Source: Macrostomum lignano (Eukaryota). Taken from it: DNA of 41,293 bases. How positions within the stretch are numbered: the stretch's first letter is position 1; each line of letters starts with the position of its first letter. Where the stretch lies: the NCBI GenBank assembly GCA_002269645.1, contig NIVC01003451.1:1-41293 (forward strand). Direction: 5' to 3'. Position numbers and translations under genes: made by a program. Below the pieces are notes generated by a model, which was not told the DNA's origin, made no database searches, and worked only from the letters and a program-made list of their open reading frames with translations. This document shows positions 1 through 12,600 of the stretch, piece by piece.

Positions 1-3
1 ATT

Positions 4-385
4 TAGTGGCAGTCTAGGGAGGCTCCAGGGGGTTGTAGCCTAGTGTTTTAGAGCGTCGTACTCACGACTTAAAGGTGGGGGGTTCGATTTCAGATCCCAC
101 TGGAACAATTTGTGTCCTTGAGCAAGACACTTAACTCTGCATTGTTTCAGTTCAACCAGCTGTAAAATGGGTGCCAGCATTAGCTGGGGTAATTGAGGGT
201 GTGCGTGGCGACCCCCAGTTCTTGGATTGAACAGCCGTAAGCAGCCTTCAGATGCGACGCGCAATAGCTGCGGCTGAGCTGTGTTGCACATCTGCCCATT
301 GGACAGGTGTAATCAATTATTATTATTATTATAGGAGGCTCCAAAAACTCCAGGGGGTTAGGGCCACAGACACTAGCTGCCGCTG
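4..385. mobile_element. Small hairpin/MITE-like element interrupted by a SINE
   Basis: TAGTGGCAGTCTAG (4-17) is an imperfect inverted repeat of CTAGCTGCCGCTG (373-385). The SINE at 28-333 sits between them. The left end may be cut by the window edge. Confidence 0.35.
28..333 (+). mobile_element. tRNA-derived SINE with CORE-like central domain, copy 1
   Basis: It has an A-box-like TAGCCTAGTG and a B-box GGTTCGATT. The central GTGTCCTTGAGCAAGACACTTAAC...CTGTAAAATGGG resembles the MIR/CORE consensus. It ends in an (ATT)n tail and is flanked by a 10-bp TSD GGAGGCTCCA (18-27, 334-343). A second copy lies at 9264. Confidence 0.82.
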
Positions 386-663
386 CTAATGCTACAGTCT
401 ATGGTCTAATGCGGCTGGAGTGGCCCATCTAGGGGGCATATAGAATCTGTGATATTAGCTAAAGATAGGCCATGAAAACTTTAAGCTGCTGGCCATAGAC
501 CCACAGCCTTAACAGTCTATGGTAAAATAGCACAGTGGCGCATTAAAATTCTAGCTATAGTTTATGGTCAGCCCAGCAGGAGCGGAGTTTTTTTATTTCT
601 AGCTCCGGCGTAGAGAGTAAACCTATCGAAGTCTAGTACATTAAGTAGTACATGCAGTTTTCT

Positions 664-747
664 TTAATTCAAAGCGAACAAACCTTGGTATCGGGAGTTA
701 GGTCTCCTGTTGAGCTCTTCGCCTTCCTCTGCGCGGCCCCGGCCGGG
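664..747 (-). CDS. Shal: Putative Shal exon 5 (PGRGRAEEGEELNRRPNSRYQGLFALN*)
   Basis: Isolated GC-rich patch behind a strong acceptor (CTTTCCATTGCAG). It is open in phase 0, matching the exon 4 donor. There is no recognisable conserved motif. An internal donor CAAG|GTTTGT at 683 means it may not be the last exon. Confidence 0.35.
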   Translation of the reverse strand, partial: PGRGRAEEGEELNRRPNSRYQGLFALN

Positions 748-1134
748 CTGCAATGGAAAGAGATTGACAGCAACAATTGGCAACTTTGAACACAATAATA
801 AATATAAGTTAGTTACGCACGTTATTTAATAGTTACTTAAGGCCTAATGCTACACATGGTTAGTAGAACCTTATCAGTATATTAGTACTTAGTTAATTAA
901 AGAAACGAGTTCGGAAAAAAATGAAGTGCTCACTTATGCATAGAAATAGCGTAGAATAAAGAATAAAGAGAATGACTCGAACAGTTAAGAAGACAACAGA
1001 TTACAGAACTTGGGGTTTGAATACGAAAATTTGCAGAAAAATGAGAATATCGCATCACTTCTCACCCGGAACCGGCGAAGCTGCGTAAGAGTTATAATGC
1101 AATAATAATTATGCATAATAATAGTTCGAATATA

Positions 1135-4100
1135 ACTGGCATGAGGCTGAGCACAATAACAGCTCCATCATATTCCATAGCGAGCACTCTGACTGGCATG
1201 GGGCTGAGCACAATAACAGCTCCATCATATTCCATAGCGAGCACTCTGACTGGCATGAGGCTGAGCACAATAACAGCTCCATCATATTCCATAGCGAGCA
1301 CTCTGACTGGCATGGGGCTGAGCACAATAACAGCTCCATCATATTCCATAGCGAGCACTCTGACTGGCATGAGGCTGAGCACAATAACAGCTCCATCATA
1401 TTCCATAGCGAGCACTCTGACTGGCATGGGGCTGAGCACAATAACAGCTCCATCATATTCCATAGCGAGCACTCTGACTGGCATGAGGCTGAGCACAATA
1501 ACAGCTCCATCATATTCCATAGCGAGCACTCTGACTGGCATGGGGCTGAGCACAATAACAGCTCCATCATATTCAATAGCGAGCACTCTGACTGGCATGG
1601 GGCTGAGCACAATAACAGCTCCATCATATTCCATAGCGAGCACTCTGACTGGCATGAGGCTGAGCACAATAACAGCTCCATCATATTCCATAGCGAGCAC
1701 TCTGACTGGCATGAGGCTGAGCGCAATAACAGCTCCATCATATTCCATAGCGAGCACTCTGACTGGCATGAGGCTGAGCGCAATAACAGCTCCATCATAT
1801 TCCATAGCGAGCACTCTGACTGGCATGAGGCTGAGCACAATAACAGCTCCATCATATTCCATAGCGAGCACTCTGACTGGCATGGGGCTGAGCGCAATAA
1901 CAGCTCCATCATATTCCATAGCGAGCACTCTGACTGGCATGAGGCTGAGCACAATAACAGCTCCATCATATTCCATAGCGAGCACTCTGACTGGCATGAG
2001 GCTGAGCACAATAACAGCTCCATCATATTCCATAGCGAGCACTCTGACTGGCATGAGGCTGAGCACAATAACAGCTCCATCATATTCCATAGCGAGCACT
2101 CTGACTGGCATGGGGCTGAGCACAATAACAGCTCCATCATATTCCATAGCGAGCACTCTGACTGGCATGAGGCTGAGCACAATAACAGCTCCATCATATT
2201 CCATAGCGAGCACTCTGACTGGCATGAGGCTGAGCACAATAACAGCTCCATCATATTCCATAGCGAGCACTCTGACTGGCATGGGCTGAGCACAATAACA
2301 GCTCCATCATATTCCATAGCGAGCACTCTGACTGGCATGAGGCTGAGCACAATAACAGCTCCATCATATTCCATAGCGAGCACTCTGACTGGCATGAGGC
2401 TGAGCACAATAACAGCTCCATCATATTCCATAGCGAGCACTCTGACTGGCATGGGCTGAGCACAATAACAGCTCCATCATATTCCATAGCGAGCACTCTG
2501 ACTGGCATGGGCTGAGCACAATAACAGCTCCATCATATTCCATAGCGAGCACTCTGACTGGCATGAGGCTGAGCACAATAACAGCTCCATCATATTCCAT
2601 AGCGAGCACTCTGACTGGCATGGGCTGAGCACAATAACAGCTCCATCATATTCCATAGCGAGCACTCTGACTGGCATGAGGCTGAGCACAATAACAGCTC
2701 CATCATATTCCATAGCGAGCACTCTGACTGGCATGAGGCTGAGCACAATAACAGCTCCATCATATTCCATAGCGAGCACTCTGACTGGCATGGGCTGAGC
2801 ACAATAACAGCTCCATCATATTCCATAGCGAGCACTCTGACTGGCATGAGGCTGAGCACAATAACAGCTCCATCATATTCCATAGCGAGCACTCTGACTG
2901 GCATGAGGCTGAGCACAATAACAGCTCCATCATATTCCATAGCGAGCACTCTGACTGGCATGGGGCTGAGCACAATAACAGCTCCATCATATTCCATAGC
3001 GAGCACTCTGACTGGCATGAGGCTGAGCACAATAACAGCTCCATCATATTCCATAGCGAGCACTCTGACTGGCATGGGGCTGAGCACAATAACAGCTCCA
3101 TCATATTCCATAGCGAGCACTCTGACTGGCATGAGGCTGAGCACAATAACAGCTCCATCATATTCCATAGCGAGCACTCTGACTGGCATGAGGCTGAGCA
3201 CAATAACAGCTCCATCATATTCCATAGCGAGCACTCTGACTGGCATGGGCTGAGCACAATAACAGCTCCATCATATTCCATAGCGAGCACTCTGACTGGC
3301 ATGAGGCTGAGCACAATAACAGCTCCATCATATTCCATAGCGAGCACTCTGACTGGCATGAGGCTGAGCACAATAACAGCTCCATCATATTCCATAGCGA
3401 GCACTCTGACTGGCATGGGCTGAGCACAATAACAGCTCCATCATATTCCATAGCGAGCACTCTGACTGGCATGGGCTGAGCACAATAACAGCTCCATCAT
3501 ATTCCATAGCGAGCACTCTGACTGGCATGAGGCTGAGCACAATAACAGCTCCATCATATTCCATAGCGAGCACTCTGACTGGCATGAGGCTGAGCACAAT
3601 AACAGCTCCATCATATTCCATAGCGAGCACTCTGACTGGCATGGGCTGAGCACAATAACAGCTCCATCATATTCCATAGCGAGCACTCTGACTGGCATGA
3701 GGCTGAGCACAATAACAGCTCCATCATATTCCATAGCGAGCACTCTGACTGGCATGAGGCTGAGCACAATAACAGCTCCATCATATTCCATAGCGAGCAC
3801 TCTGACTGGCATGAGGCTGAGCACAATAACAGCTCCATCATATTCCATAGCGAGCACTCTGACTGGCATGAGGCTGAGCACAATAACAGCTCCATCATAT
3901 TCCATAGCGAGCACTCTGACTGGCATGAGGCTGAGCACAATAACAGCTCCATCATATTCCATAGCGAGCACTCTGACTGGCATGGGCTGAGCACAATAAC
4001 AGCTCCATCATATTCCATAGCGAGCACTCTGACTGGCATGGGGCTGAGCACAATAACAGCTCCATCATATTCCATAGCGAGCACTCTGACTGGCATGGGC

Positions 4101-4163
4101 TGAGCACAATAACAGCTCCATCATATTCCATAGCGAGCACTCTGACTGGCATGGGGCTGAGCA
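1135..4163. repeat. Tandem array of a 57-bp unit (56-bp variants), ~53 copies
   Basis: Unit is ACTGGCATGAGGCTGAGCACAATAACAGCTCCATCATATTCCATAGCGAGCACTCTG. Variants are ATGAGGCT / ATGGGGCT / ATGGGCT and a rare AGCGCAAT. The array ends in a 19-bp partial unit. Confidence 0.98.
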
Positions 4164-4433
4164 TATTGCTACTCATTTTAAACGTCACTCAGGTAAATGC
4201 AATTGCAAACAACAAGAAAAGGTTTTAACGTTCGAATGCTAAATAGTTAAATTATTTTATCTCGAAATTACTTGACAAAAACTTGTTGCGCCAGTCAACT
4301 AAAAAGTCTACGAAAATTAATAATCTATCAAAAATAGTTAAATAATATACTAATAATAGTAGTGGAAGTGTATATCTAAACTAAGAATTACAGCAAATGT
4401 AGCTATCATTATAATCAATGGAAAAATTCTCAC

Positions 4434-4631
4434 CAAATATGTCCGCGCCTCCCGGGAGCCCCGGCGCCAGCGGCCCTTGAAGCAGCTGGCCGGACCGCCC
4501 GGGCTCAGCTCGGTGTCGGCGCCCGCGATCGACGCGTCGCTGCCGGTCGCGGGAGACGCCGGCTGCGGCTGCTGCTGACTGCTGCACACGGGCAGCTGTG
4601 TCAGCTGATCTAACTCGACGAATTCTCGCTC
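4434..4631 (-). CDS. Shal: Shal/Kv4 exon 4 (EREFVELDQL...REARTYL)
   Basis: Acceptor TACGCAG|GAG in phase 0. The REFVEL motif follows ...LERTT as in invertebrate Shal. Candidate donor TTG|GTGAGA gives 198 nt. The frame also reads through to a stop at 4350. Confidence 0.7.
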
Positions 4632-4665
4632 CTGCGTATAGGCGAGTAGGATTACATAGGCGAGT

Positions 4666-4805
4666 AGACAGACAGAGACAGACTGCCAGACAGACACTAA
4701 GACAGACAGACAGACACTAAGACAGACAGACAGACACTAACACAGACAGACAACAAGACAGTAAAACAGGCAGACAGACACACTAAGACAGACAGACAGA
4801 CAAAC

Positions 4806-4838
<33 letters not shown>

Positions 4839-4847
4839 GACAGACAG
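4666..4847. repeat. (GACA)n-type microsatellite filling most of Shal intron 3
   Basis: Degenerate AGAC/GACA runs with ACTAA interruptions. Confidence 0.95.
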
Positions 4848-4875
4848 TGCTTCTAGCCTTCTAATCTACACTCAC

Positions 4876-5112
4876 GGTAGTCCGCTCAAGGCAGGTGAGC
4901 AGGTGATGATGCTGCAATTCGAACACGTCCTCCCTTCTGTCTGCCGACGATCCCGAATCGTCGCCGGCGCCGCTGCCCCTGATGCTGCCGCATTCAGCGC
5001 CTCCAATCTCCGTCTCCTGGAGTCGCTGACGCTCCTCGGCCCGTTTTTTGCTGCTAATAAAAGCGGCACCCGAGGCGTTCTTAGCCATGCGAATCCGGGC
5101 CAGCCGGGCCTT
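4876..5112 (-). CDS. Shal: Shal/Kv4 exon 3 (KARLARIRMAK...FELQHHHLLTCLERTT)
   Basis: Boundaries TTGTAG|AAG and ACC|GTGAGT give 237 nt. It contains the Kv4-specific ARLARIR stretch and the QHHHLLxCLExTT dileucine motif. Confidence 0.95.
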
Positions 5113-5275
5113 CTACAATCGGATTGGAGTTGACATGACAGGCCTCGCAGACCGTAAGATCAAATGCCGACAGAACAGGAGACGAATAGTTCTCACAGTC
5201 GGTCTATTTAAGCATTTATAAGATTCTGGGGCTCTCAACTCAAGGTCAAGTAACCATTCGCAGAACTGCGGGCAC

Positions 5276-5446
5276 CCTGGCGCAACGCCTTCGGTGACAT
5301 CGTCTCGCAATCAGCGGTGAGGCGATTCTGCCCATTCCGCTGACTCCAATGCTGTACGCAGGCACGCACTTATACACACTCTCACACAGAATGTACAGCG
5401 GCCCTGACTTGCTAACCGTCAGGCATCGTGATGCCTTGGGGGTTGG
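5276..5446 (+). repeat. Unclassified dispersed repeat, copy 1
   Basis: Shares ordered blocks CCTGGCGCA, CCCATTCC..GACTC, GTACGCAG, TGTACAGCGGC and CCTTGGGGGTTGG with 8677-8881. Confidence 0.6.
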
Positions 5447-6213
5447 CCCTCATGGCTGTGAATGGCACGCCAACCTCTTGGCCAATTAATTCGTTTACAA
5501 GCCCCAAATCAATGTGTTTAGCGCAGGGGTGGTGGCGCGAGACTCAAGACGCGCTTACCACCGAGCTGCTCTGCCACAAAGCACACTGATGGGTAAAATT
5601 TTATAATTATGATTTGATACGAGTATGTACTCAATTTTGAGAATTTAAAGCGCCGCAAAAACAAAGTAAATACTAGAAAGCTGCTTCCAGTTCGCAAAAT
5701 TTGCATTTGTTGAGAGATGTCAAATAATTAAGTCTAGCTAAAAAATAGAAATCTTTGAGGAATAAAATCACCTGAATATAATAATCGATTTTGAGATTAG
5801 AAATGCATTCGTATTTTTCTCTCTAACTTCTCTGCAGGAAAAGTTAAATGCAAAAGGAAATGAGAGCAGCAGCATGTCCTTATGCCTTCGAAATCAGCTC
5901 TGGGAGAGTGACATGAAAGTGAAAATCAATCAGGCTCGGTGCAGACTAAATTTACTGCCATTTTGGTACTTTGGACAGAGGTTAAACAATACTGATGATG
6001 AAATGACTATTATTTGCAAACATTGATTACCTTTGAGCACAATCGCATAATTTGGGAGGCCCTTATGCACCAACTGGCATTTCTTAGCATTTACCATTCA
6101 ACTATGGTGCAACTTGGCATAGATGGATCAATGAAGAGACCGTGAACACTGAGAAGGTGATGTGCAGCTGCTGGACTTGCATATAGTTTAAGTAATAATA
6201 ATAAATGACGTAC

Positions 6214-6376
6214 CTTTTGCGCCTTACGCTTGTCTGCCCGCTGATTCTGATGGTAGATGCGGGAAAAATTCGACACAATGACTGGCACGGGCAGGGCGAT
6301 AACAAGGACGCCGGATAAAGAGCAGACACCGCCAACTATTTTGCCGATAATGGTGGACGGCACAATGTCGCCATAG
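6214..6376 (-). CDS. Shal: Shal/Kv4 exon 2 (pore YGD, S6 with [11 protein letters not shown])
   Basis: Acceptor TTGCAG|C TAT GGC GAC completes TTLG-YGD. It encodes [44 protein letters not shown]. Donor AAG|GTACGT; 163 nt, phase 2 to phase 0. Confidence 0.97.
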
Positions 6377-8676
6377 CTGCAAGTTTGTAGTGAAAAACGG
6401 GGGGCAAAGTCAGATTATTATCGGAGATAGGGAACATAGATCAGATCGCATGGCCCGTAGCATTCAGTCCTGACATTATTAGCATAAAATCACGGCAGCC
6501 GCCACTGGGGATTGCGGACGGGAAAAGGGAATAAAATGAAATACAAAAATAAAAAAGACAAGAGCACCGAGTCAAAAGGAAATATTGAAATAAGACTAGA
6601 GACGGCGGCAATCCCAAAGGAACGCGAGATACATACATGGTTCGTGTATAATGCAGCGAGGGCAGAAGAAAATTCATTTTTCAAGCGGCAAACAAGAGGC
6701 CAGCCGGTAGCTAGAAGGGAGGCAAACGGGACGAAAAGTAGAAAGCGAGACGAATGGCGGCACACCGCAATGTCCCACGAGGAGATGCTCGCGAAATATA
6801 ATCTGAATGGAGCGCCCAGGGGCCGCATACCGTAAGAAAAGAGTAAGCATAAATACTACTTATTTAGTATTATTATATAGAGACTGCACGAGTCCATTAT
6901 CAGCCTTATCTGTTTCAAGAGCAAACTTTAGCAGGAACTTGGGAATGATAAGCTTAACACTTAGTACATTTGGCATTGCACTTACAATAATGTCAGTATG
7001 TCTAGTGCCTATGCGCTAAGCAGATCTTCAGCAAAACGAATTCTGATGGCTTCAGATCATATCTATAGTCAGTTATACTGAGTCGCACTGTGTTGTCTAG
7101 CAAATGTCTACAAAGCTTTAAAGCCTTACGAAGCTACGAAGTGATCACTACCCCTTTTACTATGTTGGCTGTCACAGACATGCGTTAGGTTTCATCACTA
7201 GCAACCTAGCATATGCGCCAGCAGATCTATGCATCTGCAGCAGAGCAGCTGAGAGAGGAAACCAAAGAAATGGTTGATAGGGGAAGAGAGTGAAAGAAAG
7301 CAGACTATAGAGGCTTGCAGTAGCCAGGGCCAAGATTGGGGACGGGGTGTGCTGTTGTGGGATATCGGATGGCTAGGAGAGGGGGGTGGAACGGCTATCT
7401 GAGCTGGGGAGCCATAGAGACAAACAGCTCGCAGGCAGGGATAGATGGGAACGGGAATAGAGAGGGATAGAGACCCCGCATCCAACTGATTTATCATTTC
7501 AAACGCGAGGCCCTCCAGGCGTTGGAAAGCGCCGAGTGGTAGCAGGCGAGAATAGAAAAAGATAGAGAAGCCTATAGAACTGAGAGAGGGTTGGCAGGGA
7601 TGAGAAAAACAGAGAAAGCAGGGTAGAGTCAGCTAAGTGTGGCCGGCAGCAACGGGAGGGAGAAATAAATAAGAGAGATTAGGGAAGCGTTTGATTCCCG
7701 ATAAATCGATGCGGCGCAAGGCCAGACCCATGCCAGTGTTGGCAGGGTCAATCTAAAAGCAGATTTTCAGCTGCTGAAACACTGTCATGCAATATTCATT
7801 TTCGGATGGACAGGCGCATTAAAACCCGCCAGACACCGCTGTCTACCAACAGGCACCGGACTCGGTCCATTGTTTTATAAAGACGGCAACATTTGATTCC
7901 GTCAGGCTAACAATAGAAGCTTGCAGAAGCGCTCGTCTGCTTTGGAATGACCGAAGACCAAAAAAACCGACGAGCGTCGAGATGGCAAGACCACAGCTGA
8001 GCAAAAAATGGGCGAGAAGAGGACAGCTACAAAATTGGCGACAGCACTAAATCGAATTTGCCGACCGTGCTGAGCCGCCAGTTCGCATCAGCATAGGCAC
8101 TAAGGCAAACGCGCCACAAGCACCGTAGTGTCGCATAGAAGCTGTGTCGAATTATTCCTAACCGACAAATTCTCTCACCCCAATCCAGCATCCAAATGTG
8201 CGATTCTACATTTTTTCTCCATCATCGCACGGGCTGAACATATTAAATTTTCTATCATATGTCAAAAGCCTAATGGCGAATGCAATGCCCTAGACGCAGT
8301 GACGAAAGACCGCGAGAGGAGAGATCGAACTAAATATTGCTGCAGTGTCGGCGATGCGGCGCTTCCGTGGAAGTGCAGACATGCAAATTACGGCCTTGTA
8401 GACGGCACCCAGAGCCAGTCTTACCCGGACTATTAGATTTCGTAGAAAGTGGAGAGCCTGTTCAACAAGATGCCAGCAGGAGACACTTCCTGCAATTCAC
8501 AGTCCCATCTTTGTAGTTGTGAGTCATTTTCGTTAGCGAAATTTTGTGCTGTAAAAGTAGTGTACGGGCTATAACCTATACTTGAAGAGCAAAAACTAAA
8601 CACTATTGAATTATCCGAAGACTCGGATTGTTCGCCAGACCTATGCAACCCTATGCAAGCAGGGGACTGTGTACGA

Positions 8677-8881
8677 CCTGGCGCACTTTAAGCGACATGG
8701 TCACACAATCGGCAAGAGGCATTGCTACCCATTCCACAGACTCGTCTGAGCAGGCACACAAGCGCGCGGATACGTACGCAGTCATACGCACAGGTAAGGC
8801 ACACACTCACACAGGAGTGTACAGCGGCTCTAACTTTAATTATCGTTAGCCATGTACACTTCCCTGTACCTTGGGGGTTGG
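8677..8881 (+). repeat. Unclassified dispersed repeat, copy 2
   Basis: Diverged homologue of 5276-5446 in the same orientation. Confidence 0.6.
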
Positions 8882-9263
8882 GACTCAAGGGCGTTAATTG
8901 CAGGAGCAGAGGTAAGCCGAGATTCCAGTCTAGTCCCAAATTAATGTGACTGCACTTGAAATCCAGCCTGGGTCGCTGCCCTCCTGTCTGCTGCCTAACA
9001 AAAGCACTAGACTGTTCTAGTACCAGCCCATCAGGGGATCCTTATTTGTTATGAACTGTCTTAATTAACTGAAAAGTGATACACTAGCAGTGCAGCTGTT
9101 TGTAGAGTAATTACGAGTAATTTAGCAAAGCTGACGGCTAATCACTGTTGAAGAGCATAATACATTAAAAATTAAATCGAAACTGATTTTAAAAGGTATT
9201 TCAATAAAGTAGCAAAACTAATCATAGCCATGGTTGTGTCAAAGCCTGTTCCTTGTGCCAAGA

Positions 9264-9543
9264 GGGGGTTGTAGCCTAGAGGTTAGAGGCTTAGAGCGTC
9301 GGACTCACGACTTGAAGGTCGGGGGTTCCATTCTCGACCCACTTAGAACAATCTGTGTCCTTGAGCAAGACACTTAACTCTGCATTGCTTCAGTTCAACC
9401 AGCTGTAAAATGGGTGCCAGCATTAACTGGGGTAATTGAGGGTGTGTGTGGCGACCCCAGTCCTTGGACTGAACAGCCGTACGCAGCCTTCAGATGCGCC
9501 GCGCAATAGCTGCGGCTGAGCTGTCGGTTGCACATCTGGTCTA
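9264..9543 (+). mobile_element. tRNA-derived CORE-like SINE, copy 2 (lacks 3' tail)
   Basis: Closely similar to 28-333 over its length. It is flanked by a 10-bp TSD TGTGCCAAGA (9254-9263, 9544-9553) and stops after GCACATCTG without the (ATT)n tail. Confidence 0.82.
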
Positions 9544-9618
9544 TGTGCCAAGAAGAACACGGAAATAGGCCGAAGAAACATAAATATTGTTTTCGATTAT
9601 TTTAAAACCTTAGAATGA

Positions 9619-12600
9619 GCGGCTGAAGCCATTGAAGGCCGGTCAAACAACTCTGATTCTACGCAGAAACTGGAGAGATGAATTCAATTGAAGCTGGGCT
9701 AGCGGCTGAAGCCATTGAAGGCCGGTCAAACAACTCTGATTCTACGCAGAAACTGGAGAGATGAATTCAATTGAAGCTGGGCTAGCGGCTGAAGCCATTG
9801 AAGGCCGGTCAAACAACTCTGATTCGACGCAGAAACTGGAGAGATGAATTCAATTGAAGCTGGGCTAGCGGCTGAAGCCATTGAAGGCCGGTCAAACAAC
9901 TCTGATTCTACGCAGAAACTGGAGAGATGAATTCAATTGAAGCTGGGCTAGCGGCTGAAGCCATTGAAGGCCGGTCAAACAACTCTGATTCTACGCAGAA
10001 ACTGGAGAGATGAATTCAATTGAAGCTGGGCTAGCGGCTGAAGCCATTGAAGGCCGGTCAAACAACTCTGATTCGACGCAGAAACTGGAGAGATGAATTC
10101 AATTGAAGCTGGGCTAGCGGCTGAAGCCATTGAAGGCCGGTCAAACAACTCTGATTCTACGCAGAAACTGGAGAGATGAATTCAATTGAAGCTGGGCTAG
10201 CGGCTGAAGCCATTGAAGGCCGGTCAAACAACTCTGATTCTACGCAGAAACTGGAGAGATGAATTCAATTGAAGCTGGGCTAGCGGCTGAAGCCATTGAA
10301 GGCCGGTCAAACAACTCTGATTCTACGCAGAAACTGGAGAGATGAATTCAATTGAAGCTGGGCTAGCGGCTGAAGCCATTGAAGGCCGGTCAAACAACTC
10401 TGATTCTACGCAGAAACTGGAGAGATGAATTCAATTGAAGCTGGGCTAGCGGCTGAAGCCATTGAAGGCCGGTCAAACAACTCTGATTCTACGCAGAAAC
10501 TGGAGAGATGAATTCAATTGAAGCTGGGCTAGCGGCTGAAGCCATTGAAGGCCGGTCAAACAACTCTGATTCTACGCAGAAACTGGAGAGATGAATTCAA
10601 TTGAAGCTGGGCTAGCGGCTGAAGCCATTGAAGGCCGGTCAAACAACTCTGATTCTACGCAGAAACTGGAGAGATGAATTCAATTGAAGCTGGGCTAGCG
10701 GCTGAAGCCATTGAAGGCCGGTCAAACAACTCTGATTCTACGCAGAAACTGGAGAGATGAATTCAATTGAAGCTGGGCTAGCGGCTGAAGCCATTGAAGG
10801 CCGGTCAAACAACTCTGATTCGACGCAGAAACTGGAGAGATGAATTCAATTGAAGCTGGGCTAGCGGCTGAAGCCATTGAAGGCCGGTCAAACAACTCTG
10901 ATTCTACGCAGAAACTGGAGAGATGAATTCAATTGAAGCTGGGCTAGCGGCTGAAGCCATTGAAGGCCGGTCAAACAACTCTGATTCTACGCAGAAACTG
11001 GAGAGATGAATTCAATTGAAGCTGGGCTAGCGGCTGAAGCCATTGAAGGCCGGTCAAACAACTCTGATTCTACGCAGAAACTGGAGAGATGAATTCAATT
11101 GAAGCTGGGCTAGCGGCTGAAGCCATTGAAGGCCGGTCAAACAACTCTGATTCGACGCAGAAACTGGAGAGATGAATTCAATTGAAGCTGGGCTAGCGGC
11201 TGAAGCCATTGAAGGCCGGTCAAACAACTCTGATTCTACGCAGAAACTGGAGAGATGAATTCAATTGAAGCTGGGCTAGCGGCTGAAGCCATTGAAGGCC
11301 GGTCAAACAACTCTGATTCTACGCAGAAACTGGAGAGATGAATTCAATTGAAGCTGGGCTAGCGGCTGAAGCCATTGAAGGCCGGTCAAACAACTCTGAT
11401 TCTACGCAGAAACTGGAGAGATGAATTCAATTGAAGCTGGGCTAGCGGCTGAAGCCATTGAAGGCCGGTCAAACAACTCTGATTCTACGCAGAAACTGGA
11501 GAGATGAATTCAATTGAAGCTGGGCTAGCGGCTGAAGCCATTGAAGGCCGGTCAAACAACTCTGATTCTACGCAGAAACTGGAGAGATGAATTCAATTGA
11601 AGCTGGGCTAGCGGCTGAAGCCATTGAAGGCCGGTCAAACAACTCTGATTCTACGCAGAAACTGGAGAGATGAATTCAATTGAAGCTGGGCTAGCGGCTG
11701 AAGCCATTGAAGGCCGGTCAAACAACTCTGATTCTACGCAGAAACTGGAGAGATGAATTCAATTGAAGCTGGGCTAGCGGCTGAAGCCATTGAAGGCCGG
11801 TCAAACAACTCTGATTCTACGCAGAAACTGGAGAGATGAATTCAATTGAAGCTGGGCTAGCGGCTGAAGCCATTGAAGGCCGGTCAAACAACTCTGATTC
11901 TACGCAGAAACTGGAGAGATGAATTCAATTGAAGCTGGGCTAGCGGCTGAAGCCATTGAAGGCCGGTCAAACAACTCTGATTCTACGCAGAAACTGGAGA
12001 GATGAATTCAATTGAAGCTGGGCTAGCGGCTGAAGCCATTGAAGGCCGGTCAAACAACTCTGATTCTACGCAGAAACTGGAGAGATGAATTCAATTGAAG
12101 CTGGGCTAGCGGCTGAAGCCATTGAAGGCCGGTCAAACAACTCTGATTCTACGCAGAAACTGGAGAGATGAATTCAATTGAAGCTGGGCTAGCGGCTGAA
12201 GCCATTGAAGGCCGGTCAAACAACTCTGATTCTACGCAGAAACTGGAGAGATGAATTCAATTGAAGCTGGGCTAGCGGCTCAAGCCATTGAAGGCCGGTC
12301 AAACAACTCTGATTCTACGCAGAAACTGGAGAGATGAATTCAATTGAAGCTGGGCTAGCGGCTGAAGCCATTGAAGGCCGGTCAAACAACTCTGATTCGA
12401 CGCAGAAACTGGAGAGATGAATTCAATTGAAGCTGGGCTAGCGGCTGAAGCCATTGAAGGCCGGTCAAACAACTCTGATTCTACGCAGAAACTGGAGAGA
12501 TGAATTCAATTGAAGCTGGGCTAGCGGCTGAAGCCATTGAAGGCCGGTCAAACAACTCTGATTCGACGCAGAAACTGGAGAGATGAATTCAATTGAAGCT

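Noticed and set aside
28-100. Functional tRNA gene (also at 9264)
   Set aside because: It is the SINE head: degenerate stems, continuing into a shared SINE body bounded by TSDs.
1135-4163. Link to the 57-nt (19-aa) alternative exon of vertebrate Kv4.3L
   Set aside because: Same length only. The sequence is unrelated, and the array lies after exon 4 rather than at the LERTT junction.
1092-4188. Many minus-strand ORFs (MPVRVLAMEYDG..., CQSECSLWNMM...)
   Set aside because: These are by-products of a stop-free 57-bp unit inside an intron, with no unique coding sequence or homology.
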